Shown here: one piece after another, positions 30,101 through 32,000 of the stretch
Position numbering within the stretch: position 1 is the first letter of the stretch
How the letters are laid out: each line of letters opens with the position of its first letter
Assembly: GCF_008189285.1 (NCBI RefSeq)
Contig: NZ_CP043315.1
Location: 180,001 to 212,000, forward strand
Reading direction: 5' to 3'
DNA length: 32,000 nt
Origin: Candidatus Saccharimonadota bacterium
GTDB taxonomy: Bacteria; Pseudomonadota; Alphaproteobacteria; CAJXXZ01; 1604HC
The notes under the pieces: generated by a model
Databases searched by the model: none
Told to the model about the DNA's origin: nothing
Seen by the model: only the letters and a program-made list of their open reading frames with translations
Program-made: the position numbers and the translations under genes

Positions 30101-30112
30101 CTTAGTCCATAA
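24116..30112 (+). CDS. Giant (1998 aa) coiled-coil tandem-repeat protein with a signal-like N-terminus, function unknown
   Basis: One uninterrupted 6-kb ORF. The N-terminus MKHNAKLLLLLTSSIFAITDE is signal-like. The ~360-aa N-domain is unrecognised. About 760 aa consist of AKELQ(T/A).L(N/E)AK(A/T)E(E/A)LQ.AK.EAE.Q-type repeats. The ~870-aa Lys/Glu-rich C-region is unrecognised. Confidence 0.85.
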   Translation: MKHNAKLLLLLTSSIFAITDETSTNRMDISGQTFKRCDELSNVINFHKHENLERDFGSRDKIEDLSNIVSSCLNDCINKIDNLIGAVVQKEGFSFLVTQDEIIDVSNSKLMNKILKLVYIGGITKAYQFDKNAWERIPSRYRNRANLYKRSDDIKWDDISENGKYMSDIVEKILNGRDYSWSSFRTSEVSSPNRSGNGTPVEKTLSKIVNPELESEDKIVPVTLKKAYDASTLTDALDTQAKKVELLVQEQSLVSSQINPVELFTMQSELKSLLNQDSRVVSLVEQQSELFQIKVEEKTDADMQTEQIEEYKIENIIAKLIKNEEESRKKIDDERLFYEAILSKFIDYAKLIDMKNSTKISELEAKSEEKAKEITELQIALEAKAEALKIAKAEAENQAKELQANLEAKAEELKIAKDEAEKQKVSLESQVKELQTVQVEVEKQAKELQTELNAKAEELQAAKVEVEAQKVSLESQVKELQTIQAEAEKQAKELQIALEAKAEEKAKEITALQTNLEAKNEESKKQVEELKIAKDEAEKQAQELQTNLEVQAQELQVAKADAEGKIQELESQAEELQTVQAEAEAQKIALEAKTEVLQAELNVKTEELQVAKADAEGKIQELESQAKELQTIQAEAETKIQEKTQELGAKAEELKIAKAEAENQAKELQTELNVKTEALQIAKAEVENQAKELQTELNAKTEALQIAKDEAEAQKVSLEFQAKELQTIQVDTDIQAQALQIALESQVKELQTVQAESENQAKELQEELNVKTEALQTARADAEKQAKELQANLEAKTEALQAAKVEVEAQKVSLEFQAKELQTIQEEAEKQAKELQTELNAKAEELQIALEAKAEALQTAKAEVEAQKVSLESQAKELQTIQAEAEKQAKELQANLEAKAEELKIAKDEAEKQKVSLEFQAKELQTELNAKTEALQTAKNEAEKQKISLESQAKELQTVQVEVEKQAKELQTVQVEVEKQAKELQTELNAKAEELQANLEAKAEELKIAKDEAEKQKVSLEFQAKELQTELNAKTEALQTAKNEAEKQKISLESQVKELQTVQVEVEKQAKELQTELNAKAEELQIALEAKTEALQIAKDEAEKQKVSLESQAKELQTSKEFLEKNERLLIEKDRELAMCEINDHEVFDREKLEAKEKFEMTFDNFRKALEEFEICQRSLIELEEAKEALEIQENLRELEVLRSNQVEFSEKETQTESKAKKRIVKKRNEIEGAISGQSSKVDQENRSKNLEQDKSCSVNSPTQDVSILSINSLRPNPEDAHAGDHSLHELNVSLPVEKTGQDSESQKSVDPQESFALFVEEGSGIQEGCQEDQDDLNKKSIESEEEKEFREIEKQFFSNKLFQSFVLDKVSSDISRMNSICENAKNKNTSQLIEFISKEYPGLLVGIDSSLKKEIDAESSNSKLKYIVENIKSNLALYDKVVKIEEFIGSNEIVINEENKEKLGALHNELNKLMDHVARIESTASVEDVSKKLERLYMKMESEIQSKKNSEKLSNVFKMHEDLKGLFSDLYYKASSFIDVLSYKYTKGGKSCKEYTPEDKFQEINAMFEGGVNIPTSIKKSILDKLRDLEIFKGIEGMNAYEMVCKMIEELKKQEELLPVFVCDKYGVGKTKAHHNKFTYEEEKAWDCIQKSLNVFEELSNLLQAKQIMNDGQVNEVSKKIEKFAESIGKLIAVQEKKQRNPVSKIDSGKRKKDNKKKIENIQVSEVKICKALNEFSAMEIDLTKKNKDKITKHESAINESVKYIQDEFSKLHELDVNTFIFDCVDSIAVSQEKKNQDEAANKRAEQYGKNLGKFYDITGKIIDSYMSYKTYICDNEIPIALDLSKQIFVLSLRTSLRSDLITKLLDLPYRTEGNVFTEGSIDNIPKFFYHCIQDSAFAKALDNMIISNPSIGKNYIAGAKKRSENVEYNVDALREAKNNLEASLNRRSIRARASLGGKNTIERQLSKNDLTSHEKPENTQSTVRNLTAELNGALSP
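25200..27470 (+). repeat. In-frame degenerate tandem repeat array inside the giant gene
   Basis: Recurrent units such as gctaaagaattgcaaaca and ctagaagctaaagccgaagaattg are read throughout. The array is entirely coding, with no spacer/repeat alternation. Confidence 0.9.
26791..27366 (+). repeat. Near-identical higher-order duplication (309 bp + 267 bp) within the array
   Basis: Copy 1 is 26791-27099 and copy 2 is 27100-27366. They are the same except for very few substitutions and an extra 42-bp unit in copy 1 (VQVEVEKQAKELQT duplicated, about 26978-27061). Confidence 0.85.
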
Positions 30113-30175
30113 GTAAAAATTAATTAATTATGAAAATTTCTATTAGGAATTAGAGGATTTTTCCCAGAATTTCTT

Positions 30176-30220
30176 TTGTTATGCAAGTATTTTTCATAAT
30201 AATAATTAATAGCATAACAA
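30176..30220 (+). other. 9-bp perfect inverted repeat (ttgttatgc ... gcataacaa) with a 27-nt loop, 64 bp after the giant gene stop
   Basis: Read directly. It could be a transcript-end hairpin, but the loop is long and no clean T-run follows. Confidence 0.25.
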
Positions 30221-30489
30221 ATCACTATTTTGCATAATAATACAATTTATCAATCACAATAATTAGCAATCAAATAAACAGTCTTGCAAATCTATGAAAT
30301 CAATTTTATACAATAAATTAGAATTGAATTAGAATTAATTGTTCAAAGAATTTTATATAGCATACATGAGATTTATGCAATTAATTTAATTGATTTTGAG
30401 CAATAAATAAGAGTCGCATTAGAAATGATTTAAGTGAATTGTGATAATTAAAAAACTAAAGTTGAATCAAAATCTATGATCTGTAATTA

Positions 30490-30680
30490 TAGATGAAGAT
30501 AATTATTCTTTTTGTTTTTCAGATTTCTATTTAGTTGTTTATAATTCTATAATTCTGCTTTATAGTTTTTAAGTTTTTTATCTCAGTTTATTTAATTTAT
30601 CTTCCGCTTTTTTGAGTTTATAGATTCTTTAGCTGCTTGTAATTCTTAGCTTGAGTTTTATAGATTAAGAAAGATCAAAT
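30490..30680 (-). pseudogene. Inverted relic of the coiled-coil repeat units (boundaries approximate)
   Basis: The reverse complement of 30627-30655 is ctcaagctaagaattacaagcagctaaag. This equals ctcaagctaaagaattacaa (25986-26005) apart from a 1-nt deletion, and it matches ttgcaagcagctaaag (26513-26528) at 15/16. The + strand is T-rich and the minus-strand frames are full of stops. Confidence 0.5.
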
Positions 30681-30782
30681 GCTACTATAGAAATTCCACA
30701 AATTGATAATTGATTTATCTAGTATAAAATAATATGAAATTGCAGTTGAAGCAAAACCCTAAACCCAAATTATTTAACACGA

Positions 30783-31886
30783 TCAGTCAGAATTTACAAT
30801 TCCAGGCATTGTGATGTAAGTGAAATTATTGTAATTTTCATGTTTCATTAATATGGCTTTATTGATTCCATGGTATTCCAATTTTGTTTTCCCATCTTCG
30901 AATAATCTCAAGAAATCTAGCCATATATTAGCGTCTATATTAAATGCAAAATCAGAGCCTTTGTATTCTCCTTCTAATTTCTCTTCTCCAGACCATCCAT
31001 GTGAAATATTATCACATTTTATAATTGACTCATCTTGCAATTTTACTGTTGTGATAATTCTTGATAATTGCGATGAAAGAATTGATATGCGGTCCAATGA
31101 AGATTTTAAATTTCCAATGCTATCTTGGAAAATTCCTTCGATTGAATTTGGTATCAAAGCTTTATAATCGGGGAATGATCCATTTACTAACCTGCTAATA
31201 AAAAAGAAATTTTTTGCTTTAAACATCACTTGATTGTTATCTTTGTAACAGCATATTTCTTCCTCATGAGAAATTAAAGCTACAATTGTTTCTACGCTTT
31301 TTCTAGAAAGAATCATGTCGAATTTATTACAATCCATTTTTTCTGTAAAAACAGCCATTTTATGACCATCTGTCGCTACAAATCGCAATCCATCCTCATC
31401 TCCTTCAATGTGTATTCCATTGAAATGCGCTCTGATTTCATCGTTTGCCATGGCAATTTTTACCATTTTGATCTTTTCCAAAAGATCTGTAGAAAATATC
31501 TTGAATACTAAAGAATCAGCAACTTCAGGTATTTTAGGGAAATCTTCAGGATCTAGAGTGTTTAAATTAAATGACCCAGATCCATAATCTATTTCAACAG
31601 AATCATTTGAGCATTTTATATTCAAAAATTCTTTATTAGATTTTCTAACTAAATTATACAATATATGACCTGGAAGTGTTATCGCTCCATTTGCAATTGT
31701 TTCGCAATCAATTTGGTATTTCAGCATTAAATTTCCATCAGAGCCTTCTATATTTAATTTTCCATTTGATGCATCTAGCTTTACATGAGAGAAAATGGAT
31801 TGAGTTGCCTTTCTATCAAGCACAGACTGCTGACATCTAAGCGCTTCCATTAAATTAGTTCTTTTAACTTTAATATTAAATTGCAT
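30783..31886 (-). CDS. dnaN: DNA polymerase III beta subunit (sliding clamp)
   Basis: 367 aa. The N-terminus MQFNIKVKRTNLMEALRCQQSVLDRK.TQSIFSHVKL..SNGKLNIEGSDG is typical of DnaN. A three-domain length, FVATDGHKMA and LVNGSFPDYKALIP motifs are present. Confidence 0.93.
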   Translation of the reverse strand: MQFNIKVKRTNLMEALRCQQSVLDRKATQSIFSHVKLDASNGKLNIEGSDGNLMLKYQIDCETIANGAITLPGHILYNLVRKSNKEFLNIKCSNDSVEIDYGSGSFNLNTLDPEDFPKIPEVADSLVFKIFSTDLLEKIKMVKIAMANDEIRAHFNGIHIEGDEDGLRFVATDGHKMAVFTEKMDCNKFDMILSRKSVETIVALISHEEEICCYKDNNQVMFKAKNFFFISRLVNGSFPDYKALIPNSIEGIFQDSIGNLKSSLDRISILSSQLSRIITTVKLQDESIIKCDNISHGWSGEEKLEGEYKGSDFAFNIDANIWLDFLRLFEDGKTKLEYHGINKAILMKHENYNNFTYITMPGIVNSD

Positions 31887-32000
31887 AACAAATTTTAAAC
31901 TATTTTACTGATAAATGCGATTGTGAGGAGGGTTTTTGAACATATATTATAGATAAATTTAATTTAAGAGAGAGTGAAGTGTATGAATTTTTCCTTTTAG

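Noticed and set aside
30113-32000. Possible replication origin next to dnaN
   Set aside because: I found no TTATCCACA-type DnaA boxes in either dnaN-flanking spacer, dnaA is not adjacent, and to my knowledge alphaproteobacterial origins are usually not at dnaN. The only 8/9 DnaA-box match (ttatccact, 7221-7229) lies across the ctrA stop codon and looks coincidental.

Overview
This is a very AT-rich chromosomal window from what looks like a reduced-genome, host-associated alphaproteobacterium. The lineage call (Rickettsiales/Holosporales-like) rests on a clear CtrA ortholog, an RcGTA-type terminase and RNase J, and is inferred from protein motifs only. Housekeeping genes are plsX (3' part), fabH, tRNA-Tyr/tRNA-Gly/tuf, a MarC-family membrane protein, ctrA, ssb, an FtsW-like SEDS protein, an RluB/RsuA-type pseudouridine synthase, murA, rnj, gyrA and dnaN, plus three further tRNAs. 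Between them sit lineage-specific, effector-like genes. These are a 625-aa leucine-rich-repeat protein, two signal-peptide repeat/coiled-coil proteins, and a 1998-aa protein with a signal-like N-terminus and about 2.3 kb of in-frame tandem coiled-coil repeats. Spacers are unusually long. Two of them (about 18.95-19.8 kb and 30.5-30.7 kb, both reading on the minus strand) contain stop-riddled relics that match the giant gene's repeat units. A third stretch (20.2-21.0 kb) is a gene broken by an in-frame stop and a frameshift. An intact RcGTA-like large terminase stands alone with no other phage genes. Several spacers carry near-perfect short tandem duplications. I could not recognise a defined new multi-gene system such as a defence island, CRISPR array or secretion apparatus. 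The most interesting material is the coiled-coil repeat gene family with its decayed copies, the LRR protein, the orphan terminase, and possible CtrA-linked regulation.
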